Positions 49,328 to 61,113 of a stretch of 64,000 nucleotides of DNA are shown in pieces. The stretch covers positions 39,060,001 through 39,124,000 of the forward strand of contig NC_088853.1 in the NCBI RefSeq assembly GCF_963853765.1, given 5' to 3'. The notes beneath the pieces were generated by a model. The model made no database searches, was not told the DNA's origin, and saw only the letters and a list, made by a program, of their open reading frames with translations. How positions within the stretch are numbered: position 1 is the stretch's first letter; each line of letters starts with the position of its first letter. Position numbers and translations under genes: made by a program. The stretch comes from Magallana gigas (lineage: Eukaryota).

Positions 49328-50371
49328 CTGTACAAAACGTTATCGATTCAGTGAAAAACAAGTTTATATGATTCTTTTTGACAATATCAACTAGCACATT
49401 GCTAAATATCAACTGCACTACAGGCGCAACATTCTACACATTCTCTCACGTATCAACTAAAATAGCTAATTGTTTAACGCACACTTACATTGAATACATA
49501 TGCAAGTTTCATATATTTGTCGTTTAAAATAACAACACCACCATCATTTATTATAATATCAAATTCAATGGCGGCGGCTAAACTCTGAGAATTCCTGAGA
49601 GAAAAAAAGATACGTATTATTAACCCATTTCTACATATAAACAAAGTTATGGTACCGTTTTTTTGAAGATTTCAACTGGTATTTTTAACAACATTAGTTG
49701 TTATACCAATGTGAAGTAAAAGTACTGGACAAAGATTTAATATCAAGAGTAATATAAAATGTTAAGCAGCTATTGTATATGATTGTCGTTAGAAATAATT
49801 GTCAGATAGCGATACGATCGTGCTAACTAATTGGAATTCAGTCAGAGTGCATTGCAGAAGGGCGGCCTGAACCCTCTCTTGAAAACTAGAAAGTTTAATC
49901 CAAACAGTAAAGAACCTGAAAAGGCACCTTACACCTTCTTGTTTAACAAAATATCACTTGAACCCCAATAAAAAACCTTAAGATACATCAGTGAAGATTA
50001 TATTATTGATAACCGTGGTGGGTAGATAACATGGAACATTTCTCAAGTTAATTTAAAAATTTTAATCTCTTTACTATCTGACCCTGAAAACACTTCATAT
50101 GATTTAGAAGAGCTATACATACAAAGATTTCTTTATCGTGCTACTTCCTCCTTTAACACACTACCTTATATTGGAAATAATTGGTTTGTTTTAATAAACA
50201 TCAGGATATTTGTGCTATAGAGATCATTTTCAAGAATAACATATACTTAACCGTCGCTCATAATTCGGGAAGAAAAACAATGTTATTAACATAAGGTAAA
50301 ACTTAAATCTGACCATTCAAGTGTCATTCTAAAACACGAAAAGAAGTATACCGTGATTGTTAGAATCATAT

Positions 50372-50931
50372 TGTAACGTGTTTTACCTAATCAAAATACC
50401 GGGTTCTTTTTAAGGGATATAAATATATTAATTTTACTTCTACTCTTCCTGACTACAATGATTAAACTTGATTTACAATTGATTGGAGGCGAATTTAAAC
50501 TACTTAGTATTGTTTAACTGGGATACTTATCATCGCGTGCCTTGGTAAAGGGTTCTTAATATTACAGGAAGTCAGGCGCCTCAGTCATATAGACTTACTA
50601 CCTCCCGACAACCAATTAAGATTCCAATTCCAATTACCGCTGAGGAGTATTCCTTCCCCTAGTCTGCCTACTTACAACCTCACAAATTAATTCTATCAGG
50701 TTTCTATTACCTTCCAGGTCTTGCTGGTTCTTCTGAGAGCTGTGGGTTTCAGACCTACTCTGCCTTATCTGCTAGATGAGTCTGCTTATATACCCTTGGG
50801 AGAGTTTACTTCCGAGGGGGGACCAGGTCATTCCATTTCAATGGGTGTACTCTGTACGCGTACGGGTGTGCTTTATTACTTAAACTTCATGGGTGTGTTT
50901 CTCTGCTTGTCACTACCCCTATTCCGTTTCA
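50372..50931 (-). repeat. 3' LTR of element 2
   Basis: Direct repeat of 56958-57517. Confidence 0.95.
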
Positions 50932-50945
50932 CTACCCACGCCTCT
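50932..50945 (-). other. Polypurine tract of element 2
   Basis: Minus strand AGAGGCGTGGGTAG abutting the 3' LTR. Confidence 0.7.
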
Positions 50946-51199
50946 AACACCGTGCGTCCCGCACGCTAAATCAATGAGAATCAAATAATTTTTTTTTTTT
51001 TTTTTTTTAAATTTTACATGGTAACTAATTGTTACCATATGCATGAAACTTGACAGCCATCAAACAATTTAAAGAACATCTACATGTAAATTTACATAGT
51101 TCAAGTAACCAACTGTTACTAGGTAAAACAAAAGAATCTTCTTCTCAGCAAAACACCATTTGCATGCAAAAAGCACATTCATTAAGAATATCACAAATC

Positions 51200-51877
51200 T
51201 CAGTCATTCCAGATATCTTCCTCGAAACGCTCCACTGTCTCACCATCTTTCTGAAATTTTCTGGTGACTCTTATTATTTTCTGGTGACTCTTTCCTGCCT
51301 TTAGATTTGTATCAGTCTGTGTTTCAGCGTCAGCTTTCTTGCTCTTCTTAGAACAGCATGAGCAGTGTTGGTCATCCAAGGGCGCCTTCTGCACCACCAA
51401 AGCACTGTTGCTAGGTTCCTCTCTCTCTCTCTCTTCATTAGTAGGAACGTCTATGGTCACCGTTTCTGATGTCTCCGTGTTTCTTCTTTTCACCCCTGGT
51501 AAAACTGGAGACGTCTTCTTCCTGTACGTTCTACTGGCTTCTCTGTCCTTCTCCTCCTCAAACAAGAGTTCTCCTGGATCCTCCTGCCAATCCTCTTCAT
51601 CTTCCACGCGTCTTGGTGGAGATTTCTCAGGTTCAGTGGACTCCAGTGGGGTAGTACAATGGTCCTGACCAGGGTGCAATCGTTGCATATGTTTCACCAA
51701 CACAATCTTCCTACCAAAGGCATGGTCGCAAAAATAACATTCAAATCTTCTCTTCTGAATATCTGCCATTCCACATTTTAACAGGTGTTCACTCCACTTG
51801 TCTTTAGTTGGCAGTTGAACCAGACAAATGGAACATAGGAATCCAGGTTTTCGTTGGGTAACTTTAGTCTTCGGCAT
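51200..51877 (-). CDS. Element 2 3' accessory ORF (env position): 225-aa protein with two zinc fingers
   Basis: Intact ATG-to-stop ORF starting 33 nt after the pol stop; CSIC-X12-H-X3-C and CYFC-X12-H-X4-H fingers, acidic patch EDEEDWQEDP, basic patch RKK...KRR, and AETQTD; no TM or signal peptide visible. Confidence 0.85.
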   Translation of the reverse strand: MPKTKVTQRKPGFLCSICLVQLPTKDKWSEHLLKCGMADIQKRRFECYFCDHAFGRKIVLVKHMQRLHPGQDHCTTPLESTEPEKSPPRRVEDEEDWQEDPGELLFEEEKDREASRTYRKKTSPVLPGVKRRNTETSETVTIDVPTNEEREREEPSNSALVVQKAPLDDQHCSCCSKKSKKADAETQTDTNLKAGKSHQKIIRVTRKFQKDGETVERFEEDIWND

Positions 51878-51878
51878 T

Positions 51879-51909
51879 CTGTCCTACAAACTGAAATAAC
51901 ATAATGACA
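51879..51909 (-). promoter_or_regulatory. Predicted 3' splice acceptor(s) of element 2
   Basis: Directly after the pol TAA: tgtcattatgttatttCAG|tttgTAG|gaCAG|aATG, with AGs ending at 51891, 51884 and 51879. Confidence 0.7.
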
Positions 51910-54546
51910 TTAAACCTTGTAATCGAACTCATAGTCGGAATGCCAAGCTGGTCTTTTTCTTTGTCTACGACCAGCATATGCTAGCTCTATCTCATTCAAT
52001 TCTGAATTACCTAACAGTACCACCTGAGACTCATCGTCAGAGATGACATCATTACCCTTATCATGGTTTTCTAAATCCTTAGCATCTATAACCTGATCAT
52101 GATTCTCTAAACTTTCGCTATCGCCTTCATCTCTAAGGACCTGAGTCCCGTAAGGTCTTAACCTATCAACATGTACACCAAGTGTCTTGGTATCAGTTTC
52201 TTTTCTGATTTTGAAAGTAACATCAGAGTGCTGTTTTACAATGATGTAAGGACCATACCAGAAACTCATAAGTTTAGGTGATTTCCCAACAGCTCTCTGT
52301 GGAAAGTATACTAACACCTTGTCACCCTCTTCAAACTTCTTTTTCACCACATTTTGATCATGGTATCTCTTTTGGCGCAACATAGATTGTTCTGTTATTT
52401 TGCGCGTGTTTGCATGCGCCTCTTCCAAAGTTTTCCTAAGTTCCCATACCCAGTCATGTACATTAGTGGGTTTTAGTCTGTTTGGAAGCTCATACATGAT
52501 ATCAATTGGGGTAGCAGTCTCTCTTCCCATCATCAACATATTCGGAGTGTAACCCGTGCTTTCATGCTGAGAGGATCGGTAAGCCATTAGAACATATGGT
52601 AATTTCTTATCCCAGTCTTCCTGGTAGTCAGAGACATAAGCGCTTAACATGGTAGCTAAGGTTTTGTTAAATCTCTCAAACATGCCGTCCGATTTCGGGT
52701 GGAACGCCGTCGTGCGGGTCTTTTTGATACCGAGTAGCTCACACATGTCTTTGAACAACCGACTCTCGTACTGCCTGCCTTGGTCACTGTGTACGATTTC
52801 AGGTACACCATATTTACAGAAAAACTGTTCCACCAGAACTTTCGCCACGGTTTGGGACTCAATATTTTTCAAAGGATACGCCTCTGTCCATTTGGTAAAA
52901 TAGTCAGATACAACGATTATATATTTGTTGCCAGATTCAGTCTCTGGTAAAGGTCCCATTATGTCACTGGCCACACGTTCTAAAGGATAGCCTGTTTGGT
53001 CAATTTGCATGTGTGACTTTCCAGAAGAACGAACTTTTCTTTTCCGGCATTGTGGACATCCGGTTACATAAATTCGGACATCTGCCTGTAAACCTGGCCA
53101 ATAAAACCTTTCTCGTACTCTAGCAAGAGTCTTTCTAACACCTAGACGTCCCGATGTTTTTGCATCATGACACTCTCTGAGTATTTCTTTCCTCTCCGAC
53201 ATTGGCACCAGCACCTGGTAAATGGTTTTTCGATCACCTTCCCATCTTCTACAGAGTAGATTGTCTCTTACTTCCAGGAATTTGTACTGCGACCAAAGAG
53301 ATTTGATTACGTTACTTTCATGTTTAATTTGGATGTATTCTGGGCGATCATTTAGCTCTAACCATTCTCTGACTTTCTTCAAATCAGAATCACCCTCTTG
53401 CAGACATTGCACTGTAGAACTACTATCTGGAGCAGTGTCAGGTGTTACACTTTGTACAACCTTCTCTCCATATCCACACTGGCGACACGGATATCTACTC
53501 AAACTGTCCGCATTTCCATGTTTCGCACCAGGTCTATGAGTGATTTCCAAGTCATAGGTACTGAGTAATTCGATCCACCTGGCTACTTGTCCCTGAGGAT
53601 CTTTGAAACTCATTAACCACTTTAAGGCGCTATGATCAGTGCGCACAATGACTTTGTGACCATACAGGTAGTGTCGAAAATGTTTGCATGCAAAGACAAG
53701 AGCCATCAATTCCTTTCTGGTGACGCAGTATTTTCTTTCACTCTTAGACAGTGTTCTACTTGCGTATGATATCACCTTGGTCGTACCATCTATATCCTGG
53801 GACAACACTGCACCAAGTCCCACTTGACTTGCGTCTGTGTCAAGTATAAAGGGCACTGAAAAGTTTGGGTGTGCCAAAACTGGGGCAGTTGTCAAACACT
53901 TTTTAAGATTATCAAAGGCACTCTGACAATCAGACGTCCATTTAAATTCTCTTCCTTTTTCCGTTAACCGAAATAACGGTTTTGCCAGGCTAGAGAATCC
54001 AGCTATAAATCTCCGGTAATAGCTGCATACACCCACGAAGGATCGCACCTCACTGACCTCAATCGGTATTGGCCATTGTTCCACAACAGCTACTTTGGCC
54101 GGATCTGTTTGTACTCCGTCGCCAGATACCTTATACCCCAGAAACAGAACTTCCTTCTTGAACAAAGTGCATTTTGCAGCTTTGAGCTTTAGTCCTGCCA
54201 ATTGTAACTTGGTCAATACTTGTTCTAAGTTTTGAAGCGTTTCATCAAACGTTTTACCAAAGATAATGATATCATCAATATATACCAAACATACATTGAA
54301 ATTAAGTCCAGCCAACACTACTTCCATTAGTCTTTCAAACGTAGCCGGACTGTTACAAAGTCCAAATGGCATCACGGTAAATTGAAAAAGGCCACTTCTG
54401 GTCACAAATGCAGTCTTTGGTTTATCGGTCTCGTTCATTTCTACCTGCCAGTAGCCCGAGTGAAGATCTAGAGTGCAAAACCAAGACGCTCCTTCCAGTC
54501 GATCTAGGGAGTCATCAATACGCGGTAAAGGGTAGGCGTCCTTCAC
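51910..54546 (-). CDS. Element 2 pol: RT (N-terminally truncated), RNase H, integrase
   Basis: KDAYPLPRID, LDLHSGYWQ, MPFGLCNSPATF, YIDD; LDTDAS, TDHSAL, NADSLSR; SDIMGP, HSDQGRQYES, DGMFERFN; second His of the HHCC motif appears replaced (SGRLG). Confidence 0.95.
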   Translation of the reverse strand: MKDAYPLPRIDDSLDRLEGASWFCTLDLHSGYWQVEMNETDKPKTAFVTRSGLFQFTVMPFGLCNSPATFERLMEVVLAGLNFNVCLVYIDDIIIFGKTFDETLQNLEQVLTKLQLAGLKLKAAKCTLFKKEVLFLGYKVSGDGVQTDPAKVAVVEQWPIPIEVSEVRSFVGVCSYYRRFIAGFSSLAKPLFRLTEKGREFKWTSDCQSAFDNLKKCLTTAPVLAHPNFSVPFILDTDASQVGLGAVLSQDIDGTTKVISYASRTLSKSERKYCVTRKELMALVFACKHFRHYLYGHKVIVRTDHSALKWLMSFKDPQGQVARWIELLSTYDLEITHRPGAKHGNADSLSRYPCRQCGYGEKVVQSVTPDTAPDSSSTVQCLQEGDSDLKKVREWLELNDRPEYIQIKHESNVIKSLWSQYKFLEVRDNLLCRRWEGDRKTIYQVLVPMSERKEILRECHDAKTSGRLGVRKTLARVRERFYWPGLQADVRIYVTGCPQCRKRKVRSSGKSHMQIDQTGYPLERVASDIMGPLPETESGNKYIIVVSDYFTKWTEAYPLKNIESQTVAKVLVEQFFCKYGVPEIVHSDQGRQYESRLFKDMCELLGIKKTRTTAFHPKSDGMFERFNKTLATMLSAYVSDYQEDWDKKLPYVLMAYRSSQHESTGYTPNMLMMGRETATPIDIMYELPNRLKPTNVHDWVWELRKTLEEAHANTRKITEQSMLRQKRYHDQNVVKKKFEEGDKVLVYFPQRAVGKSPKLMSFWYGPYIIVKQHSDVTFKIRKETDTKTLGVHVDRLRPYGTQVLRDEGDSESLENHDQVIDAKDLENHDKGNDVISDDESQVVLLGNSELNEIELAYAGRRQRKRPAWHSDYEFDYKV

Positions 54547-54566
54547 CGTTTAGTTGTTTAAGGTAG

Positions 54567-56594
54567 TCAACCGATAGTCATCAGTCTAACTGGTATTTTC
54601 TCAGATGAATTGACTACAGATCGAGCTACCAATGCTCTTCCGCTGTCCTGAAACTTGGCACAAGGTTCAATTAACAACGGTATCTGTGGGAATTTCGGTA
54701 GGTCTAACACTTGACCCGGGCATACCATTTCGCTTTTAGGAGGAATGGATATGGTTTCACATAGGCTCACCCGAAAGCAGCCAATATTTCCTTGCACATC
54801 TAATTCATGTTCTATCCCACGTACATACATCTTGGTCTTGCATACGTCAACTAGGCATTCATTCGTTTGTAAGAAATCTAATCCAATAATGCCATCTGCC
54901 TTTATGTTTGCTATCACTGCCTGAGTCTCAAATTCTTGAGAACCAAGTTTAATGCCAAATACTCCTTTTCCTTGTACCGTAAGCGGCGCACCATCAGCCC
55001 CTACAATTCTCTGTGATATCGGTAAAAGGGAAGTTCTGCTGATTTTGTCTATTTCTGCATACAGTTGATCTGACAAAATAGTCAGAGTGGCTCCCGTATC
55101 TAACAGTAAATTACACTGAGTGCCATTTACCTTTGCCTTGACAAACAACCCAGATTCATGGCTGTCTTGGTCAACTTTCATGGCCGTTGTACTGGAAACT
55201 CTCGAATCATTCCTCTTATTGGAATCTGTATTCCCTTTGACACTGGATGAATCCTTTACCTCTGGTTTTTGCATTCTAGTGCCACCTCTATTGTTTCTCA
55301 GAAAACAATCTTTGATCATGTGGCCTTTCTTTCCACAATGGTGGCATTTAAAAGGAAATCTACCTTCCTTGGCTATATTACCCGTATCTGCAGCAGCAGA
55401 TGATTCTTTTACCGAGACATTAACAATTTTCTTTTCTAAATCTTTAAGAGACGCCTGTATCTCATCTCTTAATTGCCTGAGTTCCTCCCTAACAGTAGGA
55501 TCTTGTGCATCAGGTGTAACATGGTTATTGCTCGTGGTCCTGACATATCCACCATTTTCTCTTCTTTGACGTTCTGCTCTAGAGAATGCCTCAATCTCAA
55601 CTGCACAACGTATTGCTTCATTGAGTGACTTTGGTCGAGATTGCTGAATGCGTAGACGCATATCAAACTCTGTCAAAGCATCTATGAACTGATCTTTGGC
55701 GATCATCTCTGTAACTTCTCTGGGAGCAGTACGATATGCCAGATGCGCTAGACGTCGAATACTTTCACCAAGTTCTGGTAAAGATTCATTTGGTCTTTGG
55801 CGCTTCTCTCTGAGCATTGCCCGGTAGAGTTCAGTTTGATTCGCGGGTGCAAATCTCGATTCCAAAGCTTCGCATAACTCTGCGTAGGTCCTATTCACTC
55901 CTGATCTCATGTTACCGAGGACGGTCTGGGCCTGTCCTCTTAAAGAAGCTGCCAGGTACAAGCTTTTCTGCTGGGAGTTCCATGAATTGATATCGCTACA
56001 GGCCTCAAAATGCGCTTTGTAATCAATCCATGATGCAGTGCCGTCATATGTTGCCGGTTTCATCACTGTTTTACCATAGTCCTGAGACCGTTCATTCGAA
56101 ATATTTTTAGTTGTAGTAATAGTAGGAAACGATCGGTAAACGGATTCCTGCACTGGATTCCAATTATTTGACCACGTAACCGTAGACGAATCTGATGATG
56201 ACACCGCACACCGAGTACTTAGGTAAGGGTTGGGTGTCAAATATGTCTCGGTGAACACTGGTTGGCTTATGGTTCCTAAGCGCGGCAGCCTGTTTTCAGT
56301 ATCTGTAACCTTCGGCAGTGCACGATCCTTCTCAACTTCGTACAATGTGTACCCAGGCTTTGGGTATTCAAAGTGACCAGGTGCATACCCCGTGTTCTTC
56401 GGTGTTTTGAAATTTATTTCAAAACTGTCGCCAGGGTTGCGATTGCTTTTGTAGCCCATGTCTACTCCGGAGTCTGGCATTGGCGAATGTTTGGCAAACT
56501 GTGGAGTTGATCGTAATCTTTCAATTTCTGCTCGGAGCTTTTCCCTTCTGGCATCTATGGCACTGAGGTCGGCTAACAAATCGTCTTCACTCAT
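54567..56594 (-). CDS. Element 2 gag-protease
   Basis: KPATYDGTASWIDYKAHF (capsid-like), CHHCGKKGHMIKDC (CCHC knuckle), LLDTGATLT (protease). Confidence 0.95.
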   Translation of the reverse strand: MSEDDLLADLSAIDARREKLRAEIERLRSTPQFAKHSPMPDSGVDMGYKSNRNPGDSFEINFKTPKNTGYAPGHFEYPKPGYTLYEVEKDRALPKVTDTENRLPRLGTISQPVFTETYLTPNPYLSTRCAVSSSDSSTVTWSNNWNPVQESVYRSFPTITTTKNISNERSQDYGKTVMKPATYDGTASWIDYKAHFEACSDINSWNSQQKSLYLAASLRGQAQTVLGNMRSGVNRTYAELCEALESRFAPANQTELYRAMLREKRQRPNESLPELGESIRRLAHLAYRTAPREVTEMIAKDQFIDALTEFDMRLRIQQSRPKSLNEAIRCAVEIEAFSRAERQRRENGGYVRTTSNNHVTPDAQDPTVREELRQLRDEIQASLKDLEKKIVNVSVKESSAAADTGNIAKEGRFPFKCHHCGKKGHMIKDCFLRNNRGGTRMQKPEVKDSSSVKGNTDSNKRNDSRVSSTTAMKVDQDSHESGLFVKAKVNGTQCNLLLDTGATLTILSDQLYAEIDKISRTSLLPISQRIVGADGAPLTVQGKGVFGIKLGSQEFETQAVIANIKADGIIGLDFLQTNECLVDVCKTKMYVRGIEHELDVQGNIGCFRVSLCETISIPPKSEMVCPGQVLDLPKFPQIPLLIEPCAKFQDSGRALVARSVVNSSEKIPVRLMTIG

Positions 56595-56805
56595 TCTGGT
56601 ATTATATTCTAACTGGGTTACAATTTCCTATAAATGCACTTGGTTAACTTTGCACTCGGTAAACTTTGCACTTGGTAAACTTCACCGAGTAATATTCATT
56701 ACCCGGAGACTAAGCAAACCAATAACAAGCCTAACAATACACGAAGTAACGCTGTACACACGCGGCGCAACCGACCTTTGGATAACTATACACAAGCTCT
56801 AATAT

Positions 56806-56812
56806 ACTTACC
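56806..56812 (-). promoter_or_regulatory. Predicted 5' splice donor in the leader of element 2
   Basis: TTG|GTAAGT (intron start 56811), between the PBS and the gag ATG at 56594. Confidence 0.65.
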
Positions 56813-56944
56813 AAGTCACAAATACTCGGTCCACTATACCCGTCAAAAATTAATTGGTAAAATATTAACCTGGTAAAACAAATCTACATAAAACAACAAA
56901 ACCAAAATAAATCAACAATTTAATCAGTTCCTATCCCTTAACCA

Positions 56945-56954
56945 GCTGCCACCA
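56945..56954 (-). other. Primer binding site of element 2 (tRNA-Leu type)
   Basis: TGGTGGCAGC three nt after the 5' LTR; matches the start of the tRNA-Leu-type PBS TGGTGGCAGCGG. Confidence 0.75.
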
Positions 56955-56957
56955 AAA

Positions 56958-57517
56958 TGTAACGTGTTTTACCTAAACAAAATACCGAGTTCTTTTTAAG
57001 GGATATAAATATATTAGTTTTACTTCTACACTTCCTGAGTACAATGATTAAACTTGATTTACAATTGATTGGAGGCGAATTTAAACTACTTAGTATTGTT
57101 TAACTGGGATACTTATCCCCGCGTGCCTTGGTAAAGGGTTCTTAATATTACAGGAAGTCAGGCGCCTCAGTCATATAGACTTACTACCTCCCGACAACCA
57201 ATTAAGATTCCAATTCCAATTACCGCTGAGGAGTATTCCTTCCCCTAGTCTGCCTACTTACAAACTCACAAATTACTTCTATCAGGTTTCTATTACCTTC
57301 CAGGTCTTGCTGGTTCTTCTGAGAGCTGTGGGTTTCAGACCTACTCTGCCTTATCTGCTAGATGAGTCTGCTTATATACGCTTGGGAGAGTTTACTTCCA
57401 AGGGGGGACCAGGTCATTCCATTTCAATGGGTGTACTCTGTACGTGTACGGGTGTGCTTTATTACTTAAACTTCATGGGTGTGTTTCTCTGCTTGTCACT
57501 ACCCCTATTCCGTTTCA
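56958..57517 (-). repeat. 5' LTR of element 2
   Basis: Direct repeat of 50372-50931, followed by TSD ATAT. Confidence 0.95.
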
Positions 57518-58071
57518 ATATATTTACTAATAGTAATTGTATCTGGTCGACATGATAGTTATGAATATGTGTTGGAAATTGTTTGTGGTAATCTGCATTC
57601 AGGGGGTTAAAGTATTCCTAAGTACAATCTGAAAAAAAAAGTTATCACGAAAACTATCGTTTGATTTCTGTGTTGTCTACCCGCTATGATTCAATAAAAT
57701 GGGGTTTTAGATGAGAGACAATTATGCTTTGTTATAACTTTGCGCGAACTGTTGTCTAATGATTTAGAAAGGACTGAATATTTTCGTTACTACACAAGCT
57801 TTATTTTTGAAAACTCTATACCGTTTATACCGTTACTTGTTTACCTTAGGTAAAGCGTTGATATATTGGTATAACAGGAAGGTTGATAAATTAGTTAATT
57901 GTGATTCAGAACCTTACAGTCAGGTTTGCGGCCTACAGTTTTAGGGTATTGTACCAAAGCTACATTCCGTTTTGTTCGCTATACAAAAAGAGTGATATGA
58001 ACTTTAAAATAATTCTGTCGGACAAGCGTTATAAACACAGAAGTGAATTATTATACTGTTTTACCCTTCTG

Positions 58072-58118
<47 letters not shown>

Positions 58119-58132
58119 CTGTCCGTCCGTAA

Positions 58133-61113
<2,981 letters not shown>

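Larger units (their letters stand above)
50372..57517 (-). mobile_element. Ty3/Gypsy LTR retrotransposon (element 2), two LTRs, internal deletion in the RT N-terminus
   Basis: 560-bp LTRs (50372-50931, 56958-57517), about 12 mismatches by eye; termini TGAAACG...CGTTACA; TSD ATAT at 50368-50371 and 57518-57521. Confidence 0.96.

Noticed and set aside
50721-50969. Near-identical plus-strand ORFs at 50721-50969 and 57307-57555
   Set aside because: Antisense frames within the LTRs of element 2; no domain signal.
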